64,000 bases of DNA from positions 81,011-145,010 of the forward strand of contig WRPE01000007.1 of NCBI GenBank assembly GCA_009773315.1, in the 5' to 3' direction. The notes below the pieces were generated by a model that saw nothing but the letters and a program-made list of their open reading frames with translations, did not search any database and was not told the DNA's origin. The translations under genes and the position numbers were made by a program. The DNA is from Syntrophaceae bacterium. Lineage in GTDB: Bacteria; Desulfobacterota; Syntrophia; Syntrophales; Smithellaceae. The stretch's first letter is position 1. Each line of letters opens with the position of its first letter. This document shows, piece by piece, positions 33,007 through 42,053 of this stretch.

Positions 33007-33924
33007 ATGATTATTCAAGAACTTCTGGATATTTATACCTCCTGCACCCTTTGTCCGCGCACCTGCCGGGTTGACCGGACAAAAGGTGAGTTGGGCCATT
33101 GCCGTCTTCCCGCTGCGATTTTCATGGACTGCTCGCTGGCCCATCACGGAGAGGAACCACCTCTTTCGGGCACACACGGCGCCGGAACAATTTTTCTTTC
33201 TTCATGCAACCTGAGATGCATCTATTGCCAGAACTATCAAATTTCCCACAGTGCGCAAGGACGTGAGTTGACCGTTTTGCAACTGGCCCACGTCATGCTC
33301 GATCTGCAAAAAAACGGCTGTCACAATATCGAACCGGTGACCCCGACGCCTCAGATGCCTCTTGTGATGGAGGCTCTGTGCATGGCGCGTGCTCAAGGCC
33401 TCACCATTCCCTTTGTTTACAATTGCGGCGGCTATGAAAATCCCGACATCATCCGTTGCCTGGATAGCATGGTCGATATTTATCTGCCGGATTTCAAATA
33501 CGGACTTAATCAAGACGCCGAACTTTTCTCCGGCGCGCCGGACTATCCGCGCTTCGCCATAGAATCCATCCGGGAAATGGTCCGACAGGTCGGCTGCGAC
33601 CTGAATGTGGAAGACGGTGTCGCCACGGGAGGGATCATTATCCGTCATCTGGTTTTACCCGGAAGGCTGGAAAATTCCCGGGAAGCCCTGAGGATTTTGA
33701 AAAATGAAATATCAACAAGCGTCTCGATCAGCCTCATGTCGCAATATACACCCACCGAACCGATAAAATTCCACCCGCAACTGGGGCGCAGAATCACCAG
33801 CGCTGAATATTCTCAGATACTGGATTACGCCCTTGATCTGGGTTTTGAAAATCTATTTATTCAGGATGTCAACGACGACGACCTGACTCCGGATTTTGAT
33901 CGTGCAAATCCATTTGGTTCGTAA
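33007..33924 (+). CDS. Radical SAM protein (PflX/pyruvate-formate-lyase-activase-like)
   Basis: CxxxCxxC cluster motif CNLRCIYCQN. Additional N-terminal Cys cluster CTLCPRTCRVDR..GHC. Confidence 0.8.
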   Translation: MIIQELLDIYTSCTLCPRTCRVDRTKGELGHCRLPAAIFMDCSLAHHGEEPPLSGTHGAGTIFLSSCNLRCIYCQNYQISHSAQGRELTVLQLAHVMLDLQKNGCHNIEPVTPTPQMPLVMEALCMARAQGLTIPFVYNCGGYENPDIIRCLDSMVDIYLPDFKYGLNQDAELFSGAPDYPRFAIESIREMVRQVGCDLNVEDGVATGGIIIRHLVLPGRLENSREALRILKNEISTSVSISLMSQYTPTEPIKFHPQLGRRITSAEYSQILDYALDLGFENLFIQDVNDDDLTPDFDRANPFGS

Positions 33925-33934
33925 AGGTGGCCTG

Positions 33935-34549
33935 ATGCAAAGTGACTTGCAAAAAATTTACGACCGTTTTGCCGATACATACGATAGTAATCGGAACTTA
34001 TTTGACATGACGGAGGTCATCGCCGACTTCTCTAAAAGATTGCCTTGCAAGACAGGTCGTTTGCTCGACCTGGGCTGCGGTGCGGGAGAACCTTTTCCCG
34101 CTTATTTTATTGCGCAGGGCTGGCAGGTCACAGGCGTGGATTTTTCTTCCCGGATGCTGGATCTGGCTCATCGCTATCAACCGGACATGAAAACTATCTT
34201 CGCCGATATTAGTGAAGTGGATTTTCCCAATGCACAGTTTGACGCTGTCACCGCCATCTATTGCCTTTTTCACATTGAATACCAAAGGCATGAGGATATT
34301 TTCCGGAAAATCCACCGTTGGCTGAAGCCGGGCGGTCACTCTCTTTTCACCTATGCCACACAGGAATATACGGGTGCTGAGGTTTTTAGCGGCTACAAGG
34401 AATTTCTGGGAGAACAGTTATTTTATAGTCACACAACACCCGGCGATCTGTTTGCAAGTTTAATATCGATTGGTTTTATCATAGAATTCGCCCAATATCG
34501 CCAAATAGGTGGCGAAACTTTTCTATGGATAACGATCATCAAACCGTAG
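33935..34549 (+). CDS. Class I SAM-dependent methyltransferase
   Basis: Motif I LLDLGCGAGE and post-I GVDFS. ATG 33935 follows the RBS aaaggtgg. Confidence 0.8.
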   Translation: MQSDLQKIYDRFADTYDSNRNLFDMTEVIADFSKRLPCKTGRLLDLGCGAGEPFPAYFIAQGWQVTGVDFSSRMLDLAHRYQPDMKTIFADISEVDFPNAQFDAVTAIYCLFHIEYQRHEDIFRKIHRWLKPGGHSLFTYATQEYTGAEVFSGYKEFLGEQLFYSHTTPGDLFASLISIGFIIEFAQYRQIGGETFLWITIIKP

Positions 34550-34602
34550 ATCATCAGGGCATTTTAAATTGACTTTCCCCCTATTCCTTGGTCAAGATTT
34601 TC

Positions 34603-34631
34603 TTGACAGACAAGACCGCGTTTCCTATACT
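34603..34631 (+). promoter_or_regulatory. Near-consensus sigma70-type promoter upstream of psd
   Basis: TTGACA (34603-34608), 17-nt spacer, TATACT (34626-34631). About 135 nt upstream of the psd ATG. Confidence 0.5.
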
Positions 34632-34772
34632 GCTTTCCATTGAAAACAAGTTCTTATCAATTATCAATAATTAATATGATTTTCGAAGAGCGTGTCGATA
34701 TTCGGGCAAGCCCTTCCGATTGCAAGGATATAAGGTAAAGAGAACCCCGATAAAATGTGAAGAGGCTTTCAT

Positions 34773-35474
34773 ATGAAATTCCGGTGGGAAGTAAAACCGT
34801 TTCTTCTGGCGTCTGTTGCGGCGGGTATTGTCGTCTATGGTTTGTCGCGTCTTCTCGGCATTTCAAACGTTGCTGGACTCTTCCTCGGCCTTCTTATCGG
34901 CGGCACGGGGGTGGGGTACATGCTCTACTTCTTCCGCGATCCCGAGATGAACACGCCAAAGGAACCCGGAATTGTTGTCGCCGCGGCAAGCGGCAAGTTG
35001 GCAAAGATCGTCGGAATCCACGAGAAGGACTATCTCCAACAGGACACGATGCGGATCAGCATCTTTCTGAGCCTTTTCGACGTCCATGTCAACCGTTTTC
35101 CCATCGCCGGTTCCTCGACTTTTTTGGGGTACTTTCCCGGCAAAAGACTCTTCACCTTCACGGAGAAATCTTCGGATGTGAACCAGCATAACGCCATTGT
35201 CATCCGCGGCGAGGAGACAACCTGCCTCATCCGGCAGATCGTCGGCCCTGTCTGCCGCCGCGTCGTCTATTGGCTTTCCCACAACAAGACCGAAACGGTC
35301 AAGCAGGGGGACCGTTTCGGCATGATGAAATTCGGTTCCCGCCTCGACATGTACTTCCCCAAAGGAGATATCGAAATGGTCGCTCGCATCGGTGATCAGG
35401 TAACTGCAGGCGAGACGATTATCGCCCGGATTGTGAAGAAAGGAAATAATAATGATGGAACAGCAAGTGAATAA
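34773..35474 (+). CDS. psd: Phosphatidylserine decarboxylase (short form)
   Basis: ISIFLSLFDVHVNRFPIAG and the self-cleavage region MMKFGSRLD. Two N-terminal TM helices. Confidence 0.85.
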   Translation: MKFRWEVKPFLLASVAAGIVVYGLSRLLGISNVAGLFLGLLIGGTGVGYMLYFFRDPEMNTPKEPGIVVAAASGKLAKIVGIHEKDYLQQDTMRISIFLSLFDVHVNRFPIAGSSTFLGYFPGKRLFTFTEKSSDVNQHNAIVIRGEETTCLIRQIVGPVCRRVVYWLSHNKTETVKQGDRFGMMKFGSRLDMYFPKGDIEMVARIGDQVTAGETIIARIVKKGNNNDGTASE

Positions 35475-36228
35475 ATTTGGAATTCTCGCTAACTGGAGGA
35501 AGATCATTCCGACGATGGTGACGCTTTCTGCTCTTTTCTTCGCTTTCGCTAGCATTCTCTCTACCCAGGAGGCAATGCGCCTCGGCACGCCCGCCCTTCT
35601 TGCCCTGTCGGCGCAGTACATCATGATAGCCCTGATCCTCGACGGCCTCGACGGTAATCTTGCGCGATGGTTTAAGGGCACCACCGATTTCGGCGCCGAA
35701 CTGGATACTTTCGTCGACTTTCTGGCCTTCGGAGTCGCTCCGGCAGCACTCCTCTATGCGATACTGCTTGACGGTCCCAGCGCACTCTGGCGTGTCATTC
35801 TCCCCTTGGCCATTGTCTTTTCCAGCGCGCTCCGTCTCGCGCGCTTCCGGCTGAAAGATCCTTTTCGCGGTCAGGAAGGCTTTATCGGCCTTCCCGTTAC
35901 GGTAAATTCTTCCTGGATTGCGCTGGCGGCTTTCGCGGCCCAGGTCATGTACCCGGAGGAGCACCTCCTCGTTAAGGGCCCTGTCGCCATCGTTTTCCAA
36001 TTTTTCATAATCTTGATGATTTCACTTCAGCTTTCCAACCTGCGCTATCCGAAAGCATCAAACAAGATTCGCTTCTTCGCTCCGGCCGGCCTTCTGGTAC
36101 TCTTTTTGTGGATCCTCAGTGAAACCTACGCCGCGTGGCTTGCGATCGCTCTGATCTTTATATGTTTCATGTACGTCCTGATCGGACCAATGATCCACAA
36201 GCGCTCGACTGAGGTCGGTCGTCAATAG
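35452..36228 (+). CDS. pssA: CDP-alcohol phosphatidyltransferase (phosphatidylserine synthase-like)
   Basis: DGLDGNLARW..GAELDTFVDFLAFG is the CDP-alcohol transferase signature. Polytopic membrane protein. Overlaps psd by 23 nt. Confidence 0.8.
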   Translation: MMEQQVNKFGILANWRKIIPTMVTLSALFFAFASILSTQEAMRLGTPALLALSAQYIMIALILDGLDGNLARWFKGTTDFGAELDTFVDFLAFGVAPAALLYAILLDGPSALWRVILPLAIVFSSALRLARFRLKDPFRGQEGFIGLPVTVNSSWIALAAFAAQVMYPEEHLLVKGPVAIVFQFFIILMISLQLSNLRYPKASNKIRFFAPAGLLVLFLWILSETYAAWLAIALIFICFMYVLIGPMIHKRSTEVGRQ

Positions 36229-36437
36229 TGGACACCAAATATTTTATGCTGCCAGTTGTTTTTCATAGAAAGAACCATCGTTCAAAAGCTGACGGCACAA
36301 CAGCCAATCAACTCGTCCCCGTGGATAGTATCGGCTTCTGACTTTCAATAAAAACCGGGGAATAGCATATTGCCGAGCTTAAGGGGTTCAAATTGATCGG
36401 AAGTCAATAAGCCAACAATGTCGCATCTTCCCCTCCA

Positions 36438-37145
36438 TCATGGCATTTTAAAAATGCTGACACCAGGCGGCGGCTGGAATTGGAATAATTTCGAGGAAAG
36501 CCCGGCATTCATTTTGATGCCGGAAAATTTCATTTGGGTGGAATTACCCATCACATCATCAAAACTGACCTGAAGAATATGAAAGCTATTTTTCTCAATC
36601 GTCATCTGCAGATATTGATAGGAGGCGCCCATTTCGCGCGGATATAACTGCAGCAGATAGTTGCCGCTTTTATCCACGGCAAGGGGACTTGCATATTTGA
36701 TAGTAAAGTCATCGCTGAGCTTTCCCAAACCGGACAGAAATTTGATTAAAGCCTCGGATTTGAAAATCTTGTCAGACTCCTGAGTATATACCGACTTATC
36801 CTGCGGCAGATAAAGCCAGGCTTTTTTTGAATTGATAATGAGTTTCTTCGTCTTTGGCTTTTTATAATCCCAGAGCATCTGTTTAGGATTTTTAAAATAG
36901 ACGATCCCCTCTTCCACATCCGTTTTGCGGATGGATTTTACCATGGTCTCCTGAACAAAATTCGCCTGAAAATCCTGTGTCTCCTCATAAATTTTCTGCA
37001 ACCGGTTCATGGTCTCATCAATGGGAGGCGGTTCGGCAGCACAGGAAATATGAGACCAGACAACTCCCAAAAGGATTGCAAAAAAAACCGTAACGATCTT
37101 TACTGATATAAATAACTCATTTTTATCGAGATTTGTTTTCATCAT
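36438..37145 (-). CDS. LolA-like outer-membrane lipoprotein carrier protein
   Basis: Signal peptide, then LQKIYEETQDFQANFVQE....EGIVYFKNPKQMLWDY, the typical LolA start. Confidence 0.7.
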   Translation of the reverse strand: MMKTNLDKNELFISVKIVTVFFAILLGVVWSHISCAAEPPPIDETMNRLQKIYEETQDFQANFVQETMVKSIRKTDVEEGIVYFKNPKQMLWDYKKPKTKKLIINSKKAWLYLPQDKSVYTQESDKIFKSEALIKFLSGLGKLSDDFTIKYASPLAVDKSGNYLLQLYPREMGASYQYLQMTIEKNSFHILQVSFDDVMGNSTQMKFSGIKMNAGLSSKLFQFQPPPGVSIFKMP

Positions 37146-37457
37146 TTTTTATTTTCAAAAATATCAAAAAATTGGTCGAAAATGGCATATTTTTAAAATA
37201 GCGTTTATATCTTTATGCTGAGTGGTCCATACAGGGCAATGATTAAAGGGCACATTAATAACTATTTGATATTATTAATATATATAATTGATCAAACCTT
37301 AAGCAATCTGGTCTAAAAGCCTAACCATTGCGGACTTACCTGACTTATAAACATGGTTACCAACAGGTCTTTCCACAACATTGTGGAATACAAATTCAAG
37401 TGCCTGTATCCAAGGGATAAAGACCTGAGATGGCCCCCTATCTTCTTTACGCTGCCC

Positions 37458-38528
37458 TTAAGCAAGCTGCATACGCCAGCCGAAAGGATCCTTTTTGCTT
37501 CCATACTGAATATGTAAAATTTCATGAAACAATTTCTCGGCAAGCGATCCGGTCTTCCCGTTGTTTATGATATACTCCTTCTTGTGGAAATAAATCTGTC
37601 CCACCGGTGAAATAATAGCCGCTGTTCCCGAGGCAAAAGCTTCCTTGAGCGTTCCTTTTTCGATCGCGTCAATCACTTCCGTTATGGGCAGGGGTCTCTC
37701 ATTTACATTCACACCCAGATGAGACGCCAATTTAATAACGGAATCGCGCGTCACACCCGGCAGAATGGTTCCTCCGAGCGGCGGTGTGATCAGCTCATCA
37801 CCGATCACAAAAAAGATATTGCTGGTGCCCACTTCTTCCACATACTTCTTTTCCCGCGCGTCCAGCCAAAGCACTTGTGTATAACCCATATCGGTGGCAA
37901 TACGGCTGGCATAAAGACTCGCGGCATAATTACCTGCCGCCTTGACTTGACCTGTACCGCCTACCGCCGCCCGCACATATTCTTCGGACACATAAATCTT
38001 GGTTGGTGCAAAACCGTGGGCATAATAGGCGCCCACCGGCCCTGCAATAATAAAGAAGAGGTATTCACTGGACGGATGCACGCCGAGAGCGGCTTCCGTG
38101 GCAATCATCGTCGGCCGGATATAAAGGGATGACCCCGCCTCTCTGGGAATCCAATCGCGCTCGAGCAACACAAATTTTTTAAGGGCGTCAAAAAACACCG
38201 TTTCGTCAATTTGAGCCATGCAAAGCCTTTCGGCGGACGCATTCATCCTTCTGATGTTCTCCATCGGCCGGAAAAGATAAATTTCATCTTTCTTCCCCCG
38301 GTAGGCTTTCAAGCCTTCAAATATTTCCTGGCCGTAATGAAGACACATAGCGGTCGGATCAAGCTGCAAATAATGGTAAGGTTCGATGACGGGGTCATGC
38401 CAGCCGGTTCCTACCTTATACTTCATGGTGAACATGTGGTCGGTAAAGTGCTTGCCAAAACCTAATTTGGTTTCATCAGGCTTGGGTTTCATGTATTTCG
38501 GCAACGCTTCGACAATCTTAATTTCCAT
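37458..38528 (-). CDS. ilvE: Branched-chain amino acid aminotransferase
   Basis: 356 aa, class IV fold. HYGQEIFEGLKAYR, EYVRAAVGGTGQVKAAGNYAASL, GVTRDSV. Confidence 0.9.
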   Translation of the reverse strand: MEIKIVEALPKYMKPKPDETKLGFGKHFTDHMFTMKYKVGTGWHDPVIEPYHYLQLDPTAMCLHYGQEIFEGLKAYRGKKDEIYLFRPMENIRRMNASAERLCMAQIDETVFFDALKKFVLLERDWIPREAGSSLYIRPTMIATEAALGVHPSSEYLFFIIAGPVGAYYAHGFAPTKIYVSEEYVRAAVGGTGQVKAAGNYAASLYASRIATDMGYTQVLWLDAREKKYVEEVGTSNIFFVIGDELITPPLGGTILPGVTRDSVIKLASHLGVNVNERPLPITEVIDAIEKGTLKEAFASGTAAIISPVGQIYFHKKEYIINNGKTGSLAEKLFHEILHIQYGSKKDPFGWRMQLA

Positions 38529-38592
38529 AGATTCCTCTTTATTAAAATACCTTCCAATAATGAACGTCGACTAAATTGTTTTTTTCATATCA

Positions 38593-40122
38593 CTAAACGA
38601 TGCGTCGATCAAGGCTTCTATATTGAATCGCTTCGGCAATGTGCGTGGGCTCGATTTTTTCCTTGCCTTCCAGATCGGCAATCGTGCGGGACACTTTCAA
38701 AATACGGTTCATGGCACGAGCGGAAAGACCCAGTTTTTCTATGGCCATTTCCATGAGCTGATGCGATTCTTCATCAATGAAACAATAAGAGCGGATCTGT
38801 TTTTCCGTCATGCGGGCATTGATAACGACACCCGAATTGCCAAAGCGCTTTATTTGCCTTTTACGCGCGCCATCAACCCGCTCTCTGACTGGTGCAGATG
38901 CTTCGCCTTCTTCTTTTCCCGTCAAGGCCCGGTATCTGACTGACGGCACCTCGATATGCAAATCAATGCGATCCAGCAGCGGGCCGGAAATTTTCGCCTG
39001 GTACTGCCGGATCTGCTGGGGTGAACAGCGGCAGGCGCGAACCCGGTCCCCAAAATAGCCGCAGGGACAGGGATTCATGGCGGCCACCAGCATAAACTTG
39101 GCCGGAAAGGCCGCAGTCACGGCCGAGCGGGTGATCGTAATCGTTCCTTCTTCCAGTGGCTGGCGCAACGCTTCCAGCGCATTTCTTTTGAATTCCGGCA
39201 GCTCATCCAGAAAGAGCACCCCCAGATGAGCCAGGCTGATTTCTCCGGGATGCGGCATTTGGCCGCCTCCGACCAGGCCGACATCAGAAATGGTATGATG
39301 AGGCGCACGGAAAGGCCGGACGGCAATCAATGTTTCTCCTGAATTCAGCAGACCGGCCACGGAAAAAACCTTGGTTACCTCGATGGCCTCTTCAAAAGAA
39401 AGGTCTGGCAAAATCGTGGGCAGCCGCTTGGCCAGCATACTTTTACCGGAACCGGGCGAACCAATCATCAAAATATTATGGCCCCCGGCCGCCGCGACCT
39501 CCAACGCCCTCGTCGCCTGCTTCTGGCCTTTTATTTCAGAAAAGTCGATATCATAGTGACGATTCTTTTGAAAAATATTACCGATATCCAGACAGAACGG
39601 CGAAATGGTTTGTCTGGCTCCCAAAAACTCGACAACGTCGGGAAGCGTCTTGATGCCATAAACACGGATTCCTTCCACCATGGCCGCTTCCGCAGCGTTT
39701 TCCTCCGGCACAAATACTGATTGAATGCCCAGCTCCCTCGCTTTAAAAGCAGCGGGCAATACGCCTCGAACACCTTTAATACTGCCGTCGAGCGACAACT
39801 CGCCGATAAAAAAGCAGCCCTGAAGGGCAGTTTCTTCGATCAACCCCTCCGCGGCCAGAATGCCTACCGCAATCGGCAGATCAAAACCAGTTCCCTCTTT
39901 CCGAATATCAGCAGGCGCCAGATTAACGGTAACGTGAGACCGCGGAAAACGGTAACCGGAATTCTTGATGGCGGCCTTGATCCTGTCGCGGCTTTCTTTC
40001 ACAGAGGCGTCAGGCAGGCCGACCGTGGCGAACTGCGGTAAACCCTGGGAAACATCTACTTCCACCGATACAGGGTATGATTCCATACCGATAACACTCA
40101 TGCCGAACACTTTTATGAACAC
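38593..40122 (-). CDS. comM: YifB/ComM-family Mg-chelatase-like AAA+ ATPase
   Basis: Lon-protease-like N-domain. Walker A MIGSPGSGKSM, Walker B VLFLDELPEF, CxCG..C zinc motif. Start uncertain (GTG 40122, ATG 40101 or ATG 40185). Confidence 0.9.
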   Translation of the reverse strand: MFIKVFGMSVIGMESYPVSVEVDVSQGLPQFATVGLPDASVKESRDRIKAAIKNSGYRFPRSHVTVNLAPADIRKEGTGFDLPIAVGILAAEGLIEETALQGCFFIGELSLDGSIKGVRGVLPAAFKARELGIQSVFVPEENAAEAAMVEGIRVYGIKTLPDVVEFLGARQTISPFCLDIGNIFQKNRHYDIDFSEIKGQKQATRALEVAAAGGHNILMIGSPGSGKSMLAKRLPTILPDLSFEEAIEVTKVFSVAGLLNSGETLIAVRPFRAPHHTISDVGLVGGGQMPHPGEISLAHLGVLFLDELPEFKRNALEALRQPLEEGTITITRSAVTAAFPAKFMLVAAMNPCPCGYFGDRVRACRCSPQQIRQYQAKISGPLLDRIDLHIEVPSVRYRALTGKEEGEASAPVRERVDGARKRQIKRFGNSGVVINARMTEKQIRSYCFIDEESHQLMEMAIEKLGLSARAMNRILKVSRTIADLEGKEKIEPTHIAEAIQYRSLDRRIV

Positions 40123-40303
40123 TATATTTTCTCCGAGGAAGAATTGACGGTCAAAAATAATAGCTAATTGCCGTATATATATCAAGTTTTTAATTTACTT
40201 AAAAATATTTTCGACTTTCTTGACTCATCAAAGACGCTGTGCTAGGGTCTCTGTAAATTATTTAGACTCACATAATTCAAGCATACTAAAGTCAGTAGCC
40301 GCC

Positions 40304-40789
40304 ATGAAAAAGCTATCCCATGTTAATGATGTAGGCCAGGTACAAATGGTGGATGTAACGGACAAGGACAAGACCGTCCGAGAGGCAACGGCCCGCGGCA
40401 GAGTCATCATGAAAAACAGTACGCTTCAGCTTTTGGAAGAAGGTCGCGTGGCTAAAGGCAACGTGCTGACCACCGCCAAAATCGCGGGTATCATGGCGGC
40501 AAAAAAAACCGGCGAACTTATCCCCTTATGCCATCCGCTGGCACTGACGGGTATTGATATCGCCTTTGAAATCGACCGTCTAACCTCGCAGGTAATCATC
40601 GAAGCGCAGGTCTGGACAGTCGGTCAAACCGGCGTGGAAATGGAAGCGCTGACGGCGGCCAGTATTGCCGCACTGACCATTTACGATATGTGTAAAGCCG
40701 TAGATAAAGAAATAATCATCAGTGATATTATGCTTCTGAAAAAAAGCGGCGGCAAAAGCGGCGCCTTTACCAGAAAAGCATCAGAATAA
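40304..40789 (+). CDS. moaC: Cyclic pyranopterin monophosphate synthase accessory protein MoaC
   Basis: MVDVTDK, TAKIAGIMAAKKT..LIPLCHP, TGVEMEALTAASIAALTIYDMCKA. Confidence 0.9.
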   Translation: MKKLSHVNDVGQVQMVDVTDKDKTVREATARGRVIMKNSTLQLLEEGRVAKGNVLTTAKIAGIMAAKKTGELIPLCHPLALTGIDIAFEIDRLTSQVIIEAQVWTVGQTGVEMEALTAASIAALTIYDMCKAVDKEIIISDIMLLKKSGGKSGAFTRKASE

Positions 40790-40803
40790 TTCGGAGATCA
40801 TAC

Positions 40804-41316
40804 TTGAATCAGGTTTTTAAAATCAGGCAAGCCTTCAGGATTCCCTTTATCAGCGCCGTAACTCTTTTATTTATTCTTCTGGCGCTCAGTCTTTTCGATG
40901 GACAACTCTGGGAACAAATTCTAATCGCGGCTATATGCATTGTCACGCTGGTTATTGCCATAGAGGCCTGTGAAAGAGAGTTTACCGTTTCCGAAAACGG
41001 CTTGCTTATTAGAAAATTTTTCCGCACGAAAGATTTTACTTGGACGGAAATCACGCACCTGGGTGTCGTCATCATGCGCAATAAGGCTTACTTTCTTCTG
41101 ACTACAACCAAAGGGTTTTATGTGTTTTCCAATCTTCTGCAAAATCATACGCTCCTGATCCGACATCTGGCGGACAAGCTTGGTGAGGAAAAAGTGGAGG
41201 CGGAAATTAAAAGCTATCTGGAGGATCCCGTCGAACGGACATCTCTAGTTGTTTTGACCTGGATTGTCCTGATTATTGTTGTCGTGATTATCCTGACCAA
41301 ATTGATAAAATTATAA
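40804..41316 (+). CDS. Hypothetical membrane protein (two N-terminal TM helices, bacterial-PH-like middle, C-terminal TM)
   Basis: The ORF has a TTG start. Hydrophobic segments ISAVTLLFILLALSLF, ILIAAICIVTLVIAI and LVVLTWIVLIIVVVIIL. No recognisable catalytic motif. Confidence 0.45.
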   Translation: MNQVFKIRQAFRIPFISAVTLLFILLALSLFDGQLWEQILIAAICIVTLVIAIEACEREFTVSENGLLIRKFFRTKDFTWTEITHLGVVIMRNKAYFLLTTTKGFYVFSNLLQNHTLLIRHLADKLGEEKVEAEIKSYLEDPVERTSLVVLTWIVLIIVVVIILTKLIKL

Positions 41317-41396
41317 TTTCCGTTCGTCGCTTTAAGCAGCAATAATATTGAAGTGAATGGTATATTTGAAAAGATGGATTTAAATGCAGGAGTTTC

Positions 41397-41708
41397 ATGG
41401 CCATGAGGGCAAAAAATCAGAATAAAACAACAGCAGGCATCGACGTCCAGGAAACGTGCTTCACGGTCGTCGAAGAAATATTGGAAAAAAACTTGGATGA
41501 TCTGGCTACGGTCTTATCCGTTTCCGATAATGGCAAAAGTAAACTTCACGAGGAAATCATGGCTATGGTGGAAAAGGGTCTGTTCAAAATCGCCCTGCGT
41601 CGTTCCAGCTATGTCAAAAGCACGGCGGCGGCGTTTCTGGGGATCAACCGCAATACGTTTACCGATAAGATGGCCAAGTTGGGCATCGACTGCGAAAAAA
41701 TCAAATAA
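41397..41708 (+). CDS. Fis-family small DNA-binding protein (HTH_8)
   Basis: 103 aa. The C-terminal STAAAFLGINRNTFTDKMAKLGI matches the Fis-type HTH. Confidence 0.65.
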   Translation: MAMRAKNQNKTTAGIDVQETCFTVVEEILEKNLDDLATVLSVSDNGKSKLHEEIMAMVEKGLFKIALRRSSYVKSTAAAFLGINRNTFTDKMAKLGIDCEKIK

Positions 41709-41952
41709 GGATCCCCGAAATATTTATATCCTGTATCGCTAAAAAAATCAGATCCGATTACCGGGAAAGAATCCATCCACTTCAGGAACGGTTATTGCAA
41801 ACCCCATCGTAAACAACCGGGAAAATACGGACGACATACAAAGTGTCCGCCTTGATGCATGGTGTTAGGAATGGTTCGTAAGCACCATGCAAAACCAAGC
41901 TGGAAAAGGGTTTTCACATATCAGATCAGCCCGTTCCCGATAACCAGACAGG

Positions 41953-41981
41953 TTGACACGGGCAGAACCGCCGTCTAACAA
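41953..41981 (+). promoter_or_regulatory. Candidate sigma70-type promoter for the GlmS-like gene
   Basis: TTGACA (41953-41958), 17-nt spacer, TAACAA (41976-41981). About 75 nt upstream of ATG 42054. Confidence 0.3.
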
Positions 41982-42053
41982 AATTGTTGAAAAAAATACC
42001 GCATGGTGTAGCTAAAACTTGCCAGGCCAAAGGACAAAGGGCAAAAGAAAATA

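Noticed and set aside
34773-36228. Impression that psd-pssA uses a different codon style (more CTC/TTC/GAG) and might be a horizontally acquired islet.
   Set aside because: Spot counts gave 53-58% GC. Other core genes in the window range from 38% to 68% per 60-nt line, so I cannot support a compositional anomaly without a proper sliding-window or codon-adaptation calculation.
40186-40303. Moco riboswitch upstream of moaC.
   Set aside because: The 118-nt region is AT-rich and lacks the conserved GC-rich Moco motif elements I remember. The only feature is a weak TTGACT-N17-TAGGGT promoter-like match.
41709-42053. Possible glmS ribozyme/riboswitch upstream of the GlmS-like gene.
   Set aside because: I looked for the conserved core (AGCGCCAGAACU...GACGAGG-type segments) and found only a loose ggcagaaccgcc. 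The class is also mainly Gram-positive. An Rfam scan would settle it.
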